64,000 nucleotides of DNA from Phoronis australis (lineage: Eukaryota > Animalia > Phoronida): positions 146,138 to 210,137 of the forward strand of contig NMRA01000402.1 of NCBI GenBank assembly GCA_002633005.1, written 5' to 3'. Below are positions 39,301-51,300 of the stretch, in pieces (position 1 is the stretch's first letter; every line of letters starts with the position of its first letter). A program made the translations under genes and the position numbers. The notes beneath the pieces are model-generated. The model was not told the DNA's origin, searched no databases, and worked only from the letters and a program-made list of their open reading frames with translations.

Positions 39301-42300
39301 CTGAAGGTAACTGTCGCCGATTGTGGTAAAGACACTTTTTCTATTCTTCATTGTGTCTCAGAGAAATAATATTAAACGTAGGGCTTAATCATTTGTAACT
39401 TGCGCCATTTCTTAATAAAGCAGGCAACAAATACTCTTTAGAAAACTTCTAACCTAACACCATCCTCTTAAACCTTAAATCCACATTCTTACATAATTGC
39501 AGACTTCCTCAAGATAGAAATTGCAAGAAAAGATCCCATGATTGACACAAAAGGGTAAGACTGAACGTCGTATCAATTCAGTGAAATCCTAACTACAATT
39601 TATTGTTGTAACGGCTGCAAGGTAGTTGTGATTATGCATCACATGTAAATAAATAATTTCCTTGTGGAGCTACAAAAGCCGCCTTCCATAACAAAAATAC
39701 TTGTAATTTAGACCACCATTAATCTGAAATTTTCAGTGCTTCTAAAGAACCAGGCTCGACATGTTGAGTTGTCACGGCTTGTCGTTTTATTCGTGGAGCA
39801 TGTTATGGAGGAGTAACAAACTGTCAGCTCTTTTCAAGACCACAAATCACTTCTCATCTGAGTAATGATAAGATGGTCTTTAATATGTTTTATATTATGT
39901 ATTTCCCATTTTGAGGTATTGCAGCGGAGGCTGGTCAGGGTGAAATTCTATGATACATGTATTAAATTTACTTGCAAAGGTCCTGATGCAGAATGCTAGG
40001 CTGGCACTTTGCACCCCTTTCAACACTGCATACTTTCGATGGATTCACAAGAGTTACCATGGAAATTTTACGTGTACAAATTATTTACCCACAAAGAAAC
40101 AAAACAAAATTTCTTTCTTCCGAAAGCGTTGCAGGGTCTAAGCTAAAAATTATTCGAAATCATTTCCGTGTCTAGTGCGAGAGAATGACAGCCTTCGGCG
40201 ATAATCTAAAAGGGATTCCTTGCTTTAAGTAGGAAGCTAGCCGTCCATTTGCACTTTTCGTCACTTTGATCACCGTTTTCAAGTGTATATTAATCGGCAC
40301 ATTTTATTGTCCCTTAATTCACTGCTAGCTACTGAATTTGTAACCTTCTTAACTTTACCTTGAGGACTATGGAGTGAATAAGTCTCACCTTATCTTGTGT
40401 TGGATATACACTTTATCCTCTCTAAATAAGGTCTCTTATTATTGTTAGTGTTGTTGATAATAATGTTGCTATCAGCATACTTAAATATGATTTTGCAATT
40501 TTAGCACACGTTGATACATGTATGTTTGTACATTTGAGAATGTGATATTTCCTCTTTGTTTGCTTTTGTCCAACGAACACGTGGGTCATCATATTTCGTC
40601 GTTTCAGAAATGACGTCACCCGCCTAATCTACTTCGTTCGGGTCAATGGAACTCTTATAGACCCGAACGATGTCGATGCTCCAGCCATCTTGTTTGGTAA
40701 GTTGAAGGAACTTGGCATAGGTATGCCTAACGTGACAGACCTGATGCCGAAGAACAACTCCAGCCTAACGACAGGTATATCAACGCATTCCACCACAACG
40801 ACCTCCAACCATTTCACTAGGCAAACACCAGAGATACAGACCATTAACGTAATTGCCATCAACACAACGAACGCGGCCAGATTCTCAACGACTGTTGAAA
40901 CACCCGTTAAGAAGAACTACACAGACGTTGTAAGTCAGTCGACGACGCCTGATACAACGCCATCGACAGGTGTAAACACAACGGATCTGGGCATTTCCAC
41001 TGAGTCAGCTGCTAGCGCTACGATGACAAGCACACCATCGCAAGATTTAAAAACCATTCCCAGTGGTAGCACTACAAAGAAACTTGACATTTACGTCACC
41101 CAGTCTTCAGTGATCAACATTCTGGAATGGAAGGTGCACCACAATGTGGAACTGATAAAGAAGTCGATTCTATCTGCTTGGCGGAATAATAATTCACATT
41201 TGCAAAAGGAAACCTCAGAAGTGATCATAGAGAGCACCGAGAATGCCCTTGGTGTTAACGGGTGAGTATGTGATATTAACTCATTTTCTTTTGAGCTTAC
41301 CTAGATCTGATCTAAGGCGTAAGATCACGGGATGCGCGCTGAGGATGTACCGTGCTTGGTAGGTTAACTCTATGGGAGAGTTGTGCCCAACGGAGCAGGG
41401 GAAGTGATAAAAATCGCCATCTCGTTGCATATCACGGCCGAAGGTCTATAGGCTTGCACGTAGAAAACCAGCATGAGGCCTAACCAAGGCGAATTCCCAA
41501 AGATTAGTGCCAAACGTACCAACGTGACCCCAGGGGAAGTGGTACTAACATCTACGTTGCCTCATCTCTCCAAGGATCCACTCATGATTATGTTTATAGC
41601 GGTATTGTAACACTAACTCCCTGTGTAGCTCTCCGGTGTAGATCAATAACCAGAATGAAGTGACAAGTAAAGCAACCTAAGCGGCACTAAGAGCAGACCC
41701 CCAAATTCACATCAACGCATCTAAATGGTCATCGTTTTATCGTCAATCACCATTCGTTGGGAGAGGATAAACTTGACGTCAGTTTATCTTGGATGCAACT
41801 GTCAGTGTTTGTGCTTAGGCCACAAATATAAGAAGATTCAGCACTGTCAGGTCCATGGTTTGTCGTTTCATCGAGCAAAGCCATGCTTTACATGTATAAT
41901 ACTACGAGTTCTTTGGTTTCATTTCCAGCACTAAGGTTACAATATACACATTTAAGTTCGAAATCCGTGGAGTCAACATAACGAGACTTTCACGTCCAAG
42001 TGATTCTGAACTACAAAAAGAGTTAGATACCTTGGCGAAGAAGGAAAAGGTTTACACTGGCTCCAAGCCAATCCTGTACAAGCTCCACTACAAGTTTAGT
42101 GTCAAGGCAACTGTAGACGAGGAAGAAGCCAGGGTTCTCTCCAACATTACACTAGAAGCATGGCGCAGTGTGTATCCAGGTAAATGTACAAGTGTTTCTT
42201 TCAACGAAGATTGTAGTGTGCTATGATTTATATGACACTGAAAATTCATTTTCGAACGCCCAGTTGACATGCTGTTAAACACAGTAAAGAATACTGCAAA

Positions 42301-45300
42301 AACCCTCTTGCTTCACCAAGTCAATACAATATGTAGTAAATTGCCAGCTGAATTCAAAGAACCTTTTACCGCTGCGTGTTTTGAAAAAGTATCGTAATTT
42401 AATTTGTTTGAACAAATTTATTGTGATTTCTTTCAGACAACCTGACAACTACTAACGTAAGAAAGGACGAAATGGTGGACAGGAACGGGTGAGATTTTAT
42501 CAGTGTAGAATCTTAACCCTTTGTTTGGACAAAATCGTTTTAAACGCTTTCTCTAGAGAAAGTGTGATTGGTAGAGACTTGTTCCGGAACCTTGGCTGTC
42601 GTGTGCTTCGATTGTTCGACACTTGAGTTGTTATAAATGCACTGTAATTGTTTCCTTTTCAGAACCAAGTCGACCCAAATAACATACTTGGTTAGGGTAA
42701 ACGGGACCATAATAGATCCCATTGACGTTCCTGCACCTCCAATTTTGTTTGAAAAGTTAAACAAGGCTGGCTTCGAAGTGTTGAGCTCAAATGATACAAA
42801 CCGTCGCAACATAGAAGACAAACAAATCCAATATCTTACGGGATTTTTAACCAAACACGACAAAGAGAAGCTAGAGGATAAAATTGAGCAAACATGGAAG
42901 GACCTAGTAGAAGGTGAGNTGCGAAAGTGATGAAAAGGTGTATGTTGTCGATCGAAGAGCTTGTGGCTTCCATTTCAGACTACGACAAATGCAGTTGTAC
43001 GGCTATTGAGATGGGCGTCGTCGATCAGCTTATTGATAAGAAGGGGTGAGTTGAGCGAGAGAAGTTTTAACTAATTAAAATTTTAACCACAATTTTCGAG
43101 AGTTCCTGTCAGATTTGTTTGGCGTACTTGACAGAGACTTGTTGATAAGCATGCATGTACAGCAGGGCAATTTATGAAGATATTATCAAACCAACAATAA
43201 AATTCACGGAAGTACATATGTAACACGTACATGTATCACATGCATTCATTCTTTGAAAGAACTTAGATACATCACTGGTCACATTCAACACCCAGCCCGC
43301 ACTGAGTGCATAACTGACGCCGAGAGATCCACAAACACTTGGTACATTGGACAGTCATAGTTGAAGAGCCAGCAAGCAGATTTTTCATCAAATCCTTATG
43401 TGACTTGCGGCTTATTAAAGTAGGAAAGTTTGACCTTACTCTTGCAAGCAACGTACATACTTGGAAAGTTCTCGCGTCTCTCATTCATATGTCTTGTGCC
43501 ATATTCACAGCCTTTTGGCCCGCCTGGTAGATCACAAAAAGCACTCTTTCTTGACTACTGAACTTCACTCTTTTAATAATATCTATCTTGTTAAATCTGC
43601 AGAAAGGACGTGACGAGGATTGATTACTTCTTAACTGCCAATGGGACAGCTTCCAAACGCTTAGATAGAGAAGACAAAGAAATCTTCGACCGACTGCTCA
43701 AAAAGGCTCTCGGCGGTCTCCTAGACAGGAATGGCGTTCCAGTTCAACCGTACACTGGGAATGTGGACACGTTGAGGAGATATAAGGACAGCCAAGTTGT
43801 ACGTGTTCGAGGAGAGCCGACACCGGATGGCAAAAGTCAGTTAAGAGAAGCCATCAAAGATGCTTGGCTAGATGGCAATGAAGGTAAAGATAATGACGCA
43901 TTGTATTCGAAATGACAATGAGATGTTACATGTTTCAGATGGTGTAAGTACAGTTTTGTTTAGTTTCGCGTTTGTAGTATTCTTCACTATTAGCATATGT
44001 GACGACAACACTAGCTTCTTCAGAGTTTAGCTGACTCTGAGTCCTCTCACAATTTGGGAACAACACTCACTGTGTGCCCTCTTTCTTCTTCTTGCATGTT
44101 GGTCCGTTGTTACACCGCGTGCTGTTATTCAGAAATTATAACAGGACTTTGAAGAAACTGGGATGGACAATTTTTTTATCACCCGTTCTTTCATGTGTTT
44201 AGTTTTGCGTAGATGTGTTCAAAATTTACAATTTGCCCAGTGCGCGTGTGTGTTTTCATCATGGTACCTATGAACTACCTAGTTGTGCTTTATTTTTCAG
44301 ATCTTAAAGCATGCGGCTGTGTGGATGTAGTCATACCAAAGTATGAAAAATTTATTGATCCGGGTGACGGGTAAGTCATTTTAAAATAAAATTCAATGTC
44401 AATAAAAAGACTGGAAAAAGTATTGATTTTGTTTCGGAATGTTTTTGTATTGGATTCAACGAACTGGTTATTTTTATTCTTGCGTTGAACTCCTTTTTAA
44501 AACGCCATACGCGAGATGCGATTATTCACTTGATCTCTTTAAGATTTCGTGATTGTCAGGAGCTTTTCCATTTATTGTTACTGATCTTGAAATCTGTACA
44601 GTTTGTAAACTTGCTGTTATCTTTTTCCTCTAATGAAAAGTAGGGATGTCTGAAAAGGTACTTCAAAACCCATTCTTCTTGCAGCAACATTGTAACGAAG
44701 ATTACGTATTTCGTTGACAAGAATGGGTCACGTACTGATCCAAAAAGCATCAAACCAGATAATCTCAACAGCCTCATTGGACGGCGCACATCTTCCCTGA
44801 GCGGCGAATCCGGCACAAAACACCTCTTGTTTGATAACACAGTTAAAATTTCAACACTTTTGCCATATGCCAATCATTACGAAGTCACCGTAAAGGGAAA
44901 CTTAAAGAAGAAAGACTGGGATTCCTATAAAGGCGCTCTTCATGAGGCGATGATAAAGAAGCATCCAGGTAAAAAGAGCTATCTTTTCGTTATAAACGTA
45001 TGTATTGTTCATACGCCCAGTGTAGATATTGGTTCAGGTTTTCGAGGGCACTGTGCCCTCCAGAAATAAGAAATATCACACTTCAAAATTATCGTCAAGC
45101 GGCCAAAATTAACTAACGGCCTCAAAATGTCAAATACATAAACTAACCTGCATACCCATAAGTTCTTGCAGGTCGAGTTAACTAAATCATGGGATCTTTT
45201 TCTTGGTTTGATATGAAAGGGTGCGTGCTGCACCTCCAGAAGGTCCTCTGGGTGGCCAGGGCTTTTGTATGAAAAATATCTATGTGGACTGATGTGGGGT

Positions 45301-48300
45301 TTGTGTTGAAACGGCCGAATAGGGTACCAGTACTTGTTGGAAAGTGCAATAGGTTTACTATGTGGAGCCAAGTTGAAATTTTTGAACTACCGGTCCACAA
45401 AAGGGGTCTATTGTCTTTGCATTAATATGTGTATTCACTGCCTTCATGATGCCTGTATGCTGAAAATCAACTATTGCCTTGCTATTTTAAAAGATTCTTT
45501 GTTTTTCAGTTCTTGCAACGTGCAACTGCAATGTTAAGCTCCAAATAGGCAGCACAGAAAAGTACATAGGAGATTTCTCTGAGGAACTTACCAAAATAAA
45601 TTACTGGGTCAAAAAAGACGGAAACTACCTTTCGCCGAAGACAACAGACTCACCACACGTGGAAGAAATAGACAGGGTGCTTGCGTCTGTTCCGATTGAA
45701 GGCAGAGTTTATCAGGGTCAAACAAAGCTGGCATTTAAGCAACGGAAAACAATAATTTATGGTGTTTTACTGAAACCAAAATATGACGAGAGTATGCGAC
45801 AAAAACTCCAAGTTGCCATCACTAAACTCGGTGAGTATTTGATTTGAAGCGTGCAGGTGATTGGGCGCCCCAACCATGCATGGTAAAACACAGTTCTACC
45901 TTAGCTAGTTTTGAGACATTCGTACACGTTTCATTCTTTACCTGGATTATTACGCTCGTTGAAATGTGTAATAAGCGCCCGTATTTATGTCAATAAATGT
46001 ACTCTTAAAGTGGCATTTAACCCATTCTGTCAAAAGTGTTGGTAAGGTCACTTACCGTTATGAAATAGGGTTTTTCTTGTTAATTCCTTTCTTAAAGAAA
46101 ACAACAACGGTTTTAAGACTTGGCATGTTTCGGTGTCATTTATTCAACACCATCTTCAGAAGTGAGAATACAGTGGCCACCTAGCTAGGCCCAGCAACAA
46201 GTAATGAAGCAAAGATACAGTCAGTTACAGGGAGTGACAATGAACTAGACCAACAATGACAACATGTGGTGTGTCAGTTACCTATTGAGATTGGGCTTGC
46301 ACCAACTTATTCTTTTCTCAGTTTGGAAGAGAGTGGGTATTGGAAAAACCAACCATTACCTACTTCTTCCTACCAAGCTCATAAAATCACGGAGCGACTG
46401 GATTTTTTCAGTTTGGTCTGAATAAATCGACGAACTGTTAGTTTTTGCAATACCAAAATCACTGTTCGTCTGAGTAAGGAACAAGTGGATAATAATAAGC
46501 CGTTTTGAAGCTTCTAGTGATCTAAATCAAAAGTTAGTTCCTTCGATCTAACGTTGGTTTATAGCTCCTTTAAATAACGCCCTACGTTTATTTCCACGAT
46601 GTATTTCTGACACCTAATTTAACTCTTTTTAGGAACACTAGGCAACAAAGATGTGGACATTATACTTGGGCCAGTAGTTACAATCTTGTCACCGAACAGG
46701 TACAATGAGATACTTAAACATATGTGTCTTCCACAAGAAATATATGTATTGACAGGGAGATTTCATCTTATCAATGGATCTTTCAAAAGAATTTTGTACT
46801 GTTACGAAAGGAAAGGCATTTTTATTTGCAACTGCTCACCACTATAACGATGTCTTCCCAAAACAAAATATTCACTGAATCATACTGTCAATTAACAAAT
46901 GAACTTTCTTCTGGTCAAACTTTATGTTGCAATCCTAAGAATGTTATTTTCGAGATCGACTGTGGGCTTAGTTGCGTTAATTTTTGTTCTTTTTGATTTA
47001 TTTACCCCATTTCACTTTTACCGGTTACGACAAATAATTACAACGATTGAAAAGACAACTCGGCGTTACGACAAGAGCATTGGTTTGTACTGATGGTATG
47101 GGATTCGGAAAGTTCCAAGTGCACTGATTGTCATTTGTCTTGAAGTATCAACTTTTAGAATCGAACTTTTAAGTTTAAGGCACGTAGCAGAAGCTTTAAC
47201 GCATGATGCAGTATCATTTACTACATCTTACTATCTGTTCTCATTCTTAGCACCAGCACATTCTGGTGGACTATACGGATATGCTTTTAAAGTGCGGATT
47301 TATATGATCCTGGAAATGGTAAGTGACCATTTTGGGTTAATTTTCAGATCCAGCAACACTTCTACTCAGGTAGATTACTTTATTCTGAGTAATGGTTCTC
47401 TGGTGGATGGTAATTCGGTAGATGACGATGATGTTAAAAAGAGTTTAAATGAGACTGGAATAAAGGTGACAAAATTGGAAGGCTTAAAAGAAAAGGACAT
47501 CGTTGTTAAGAATCGCGTTATGTTGAAAGATGTCGACAGCCTTCAACAGGCTCTACAAACGTCATGGGAAAGTAAACCAGCCACACATTTTAAGGTCAAA
47601 GTTCATGGTTTGGAACAGTACCTTGACAAGGATAACAAGTAAGTATCTAAAACTAGCGAATTTTTCATACAAATGTACGCATTGCTGTGTCATTTTCAAC
47701 AGAAAGAACAAAGTATAACCGAACAAAATCTTCTGTCTGGTGGCACTTTATGTTTTGAGCAACACTTCTACCCCAGATTTCGTTAAGTTGATCACGCACG
47801 TCCGGAGGATTTAGTGCATGTGTTTAAGCAAAATAACTCTCCTATTGACGATGTTGGTTTTGAGCCAAATATGAAGTAGAAATCACTCCTGTGCTCAATG
47901 TCAGCATTTTTCAAACTACGGAACTTTGATCTGATGTTTCAGACCGGCCACCAAAGTTAAATATACTGTTGGCATAAACGGAAAAGATCCCGACAACGTC
48001 GTCCCATCTGTTCCTCCCATAAAAGACTTTGAATCGGGAAAATTCACCGTTGTACGTTCGGGACAAAAGGTTCATACTATGTCCCTGGAAACAATCGCAG
48101 TTTCCGAGGTTGCCTTGCAGGATGAATTAGAAAAGGCATGGTTCTTCGCGAATAACAAGTCGGGTAACTATATTACTTTTGATATTTGGCTCTGATTATT
48201 CTTATAATTTCCACAATATTGGACATCTAGGAATGACATAATTCAATTTATCCTGATTGACGTTGTTAAGGAATATGAAAATACACAGTAGCTGTGAAAA

Positions 48301-51300
48301 ATATTAGAAAGTGAGGAGTGGGAATTTTCATTATGCCGGAAGGTATCTACCTTTATGAATTAAAATACGCATACGACAAGCCAAAGATAAACGGTCATTA
48401 GTTAACGTTTCGGTTAACATGTTTTTTGCTGGAGTCTGTTTGACGAAAAGTGACATTGAATGTTCAAGACAAATATTTGGACCGATGCTCCGCACAACTA
48501 TTTCTGGAAAATAATTGATACGTGTCTGAACGAAAGTGCTTTGTCTATACAAATAACTGCTAGTTGCTGAGATAATTATTTTGAATGTCTTCTAGACTCT
48601 GCACTTGGTTTGACCTTTATTCAGCAGTTGTGGAGTGGTAGCTTAAAACCGACTGACCTTTAAAAGAGTCGCTAAATCATTATTCATGAATCAGATCCTG
48701 GTAAATGCACTAGCCAGTTAATTACACTATGTTGGATTAAGCTTTTACATTTATTCATATTTTAAACGATTGCAAAATGTTTGCTCAGGTCTCCTTCGGT
48801 CAGATGTCAAGGTCAAAATACACGATGTCAGCGACGGCTTCCTGTCACCTGGAAAGTAAGTTTTTGTATCATTAAGATATGTCCTCAGCTTCTGACACTG
48901 TATAAAATTATTATGTCCAAGGCTTATGCACCACTTACGCATTGTAAGTAAATGCCTTGTCGTCGTATGCTTATTGGTAGTTTGAAGTTCATGGGTATGT
49001 GTGATATGTGGTTGGTTAACCTCTGCTTTCACTAAATCTTCGTCACGTCCATGTTAAACCGTTCCTCTTCTAAGAATGGCCCGACCTCTCGTTCACAACC
49101 CAAAGCGTTTCACGGCGGGCCCTTATTTCTACGCCGTTTGCATTCTTCACTGCTTGTACCAGATACCTCTGAGTATGCTTTGTAATCGTTCCCTTGATTG
49201 ATGTTGCAGCATCGAACTAACTCGAGTATCATATACCGTATCGGTGCGGGACACTGACTCTGGCCGGCTACGGCTTATTGAACCAGGGCAAGAAGTTTTA
49301 AGGACGGCAACGAAAAAGAAGGTTTGCCACTGTGTACCTCGACGTTTGAATACTATCTATGGTAACGATGCAGTGATGAAAATGGACAATGGGAAGATTA
49401 AATCGGCAATTGAGCAAGCCTGGAAAAAGGCAAACCCAGGTAAATTCTAAAATATCTATCATGGTGCATTTGGGTCATCTTACAGGTTGTTTTGGGGTAA
49501 TAACAAGTGTTGTCTAAGTACAATGTGTACGTCCGACGAAATGCTGAAAAGCCACATAATGATCCACAGCAAAAACACCGATAGAGCATCTGCTTGATGA
49601 TATGAATACATCGTCTGAAATTAAACTCATCTTAATAATGTATTTCGTCTAAAAGCTAAGCGACTCCATTGAAGACATGGCATGGATAACTTCCGAAAAT
49701 TGACAGGAAATGTACGCAGTGGCAGCGCGCACATACCACCTCGGGGCTTTCGTCAACTGTACTGTGACAGTTGCTTTCTGTACACTATGTTATAATGATT
49801 TTATATCTTTGTGCAGGATTAGATTTGGACAATCTGAAAGTGGATGTGGTTGACACAGAAAAAGTGTATGACAATGAAGGGTAAGTGTTTTACCTTTACT
49901 GCAAACCGAGTACCATTACGTTTGTAGAAAGTTATATACCCTGCGTGCGTTGATGTAAGGGTTACTTTACGTGTTTGTATTGCTGCTCTTGTTATGTAGC
50001 AAGATAACACCAAGATCAAAAAGATTGACCTTGACCCTGCTCTAGCGTTAGTCTTAGAAAATTTGATAAAAATTTAAATGCATTACATCAATTGCTACAT
50101 GTATGCGCTTGTAATTTTGAAAGGATGGTGAATTACATCAAGACGTTTGCTTGTATTTCAGAAAACCTTTGTCCAAAATATCCTTCAAAATTACCCCGGA
50201 TACAACTGACCCCACCATAACTGACGAACGATACACACATCCTTCAGAGGAAAGTCTGGAGAATGAATTGAAAAGGTTAAACCCAGACGCCTCTCTGCAC
50301 AGCGGCAAAGTATTCCAGACGCCGAAACCAAGCAGTGAACCGTCAGTAACAGACGTGAGTTGGTTTTCATTTACAAACATTTTTTAGTACTTTGAATTAA
50401 GGACAAAGTTGAGAGTATCTCAACGAGCACTTTCTCTTAATTACTGAATTGAGGCACGCATGTATTCGTTGGCCTACATTTGGCACTACTTGTGTGGATT
50501 GCAACCAGTTTGCACGAAACTGTCCCAATAGGAACTCTACTATCTTCCCTAAATTTCCAGCGTATTGGTAGACTAAATTACATGTATTTTATTTAATAAT
50601 CTGATATGTTCCTACCCTTTTGTTTTTATATTCATTGTGAGCTCTTCTTTTACTTATGGTATTTTCTAACACTATTCTATCTTGTTTCAATGAAAATAAA
50701 TAGAGACTAAATCCTTAAATAAGGGAATTTGCATGGAAAGGTTCCTATTTCTTTTCAATATTATTGAAAATTCAACATATTGTTATTTTACTATTACTAT
50801 TGCTATGTATCAAAAGTAAAATCTGACCTAGTAATAATGAAGATAAATTAACACAAGAAAGGACAATCGCTCTTCAAATTCGCTGAAAATTTGAAGAACA
50901 GAGTTGAGTCCGGGCCACAGGAGCGTTGCTGTGTCCACATTGGTATCGGTTGATATCTGGAGGGGAAGGTTACAAATGTATGTAGGGTATTTATAACACA
51001 ACACGAGGATACTTAGGAGGTTAATTTGAGGTGTGCTGACAATTTCTGGGCCACGACTCTAAACAGAATTGGTGGTACTTATCAGATGGGTACAGGGTAC
51101 CACGAAACAGCAGTGATACGTTTAGGTACAAGACAGACACGACTAAACAAATAGGTAGGCTGCTAGTGTACCAAATCAGGGGTACACGATGCTAGATAGG
51201 TATTTGTCGACAGCCTACCACATGGGTTCGAGCGAAACAACACATTTAACCATGCATCAGGGCTGAGTTGCATAAGGCTTTAAAAGTTATCCGCTTGATA

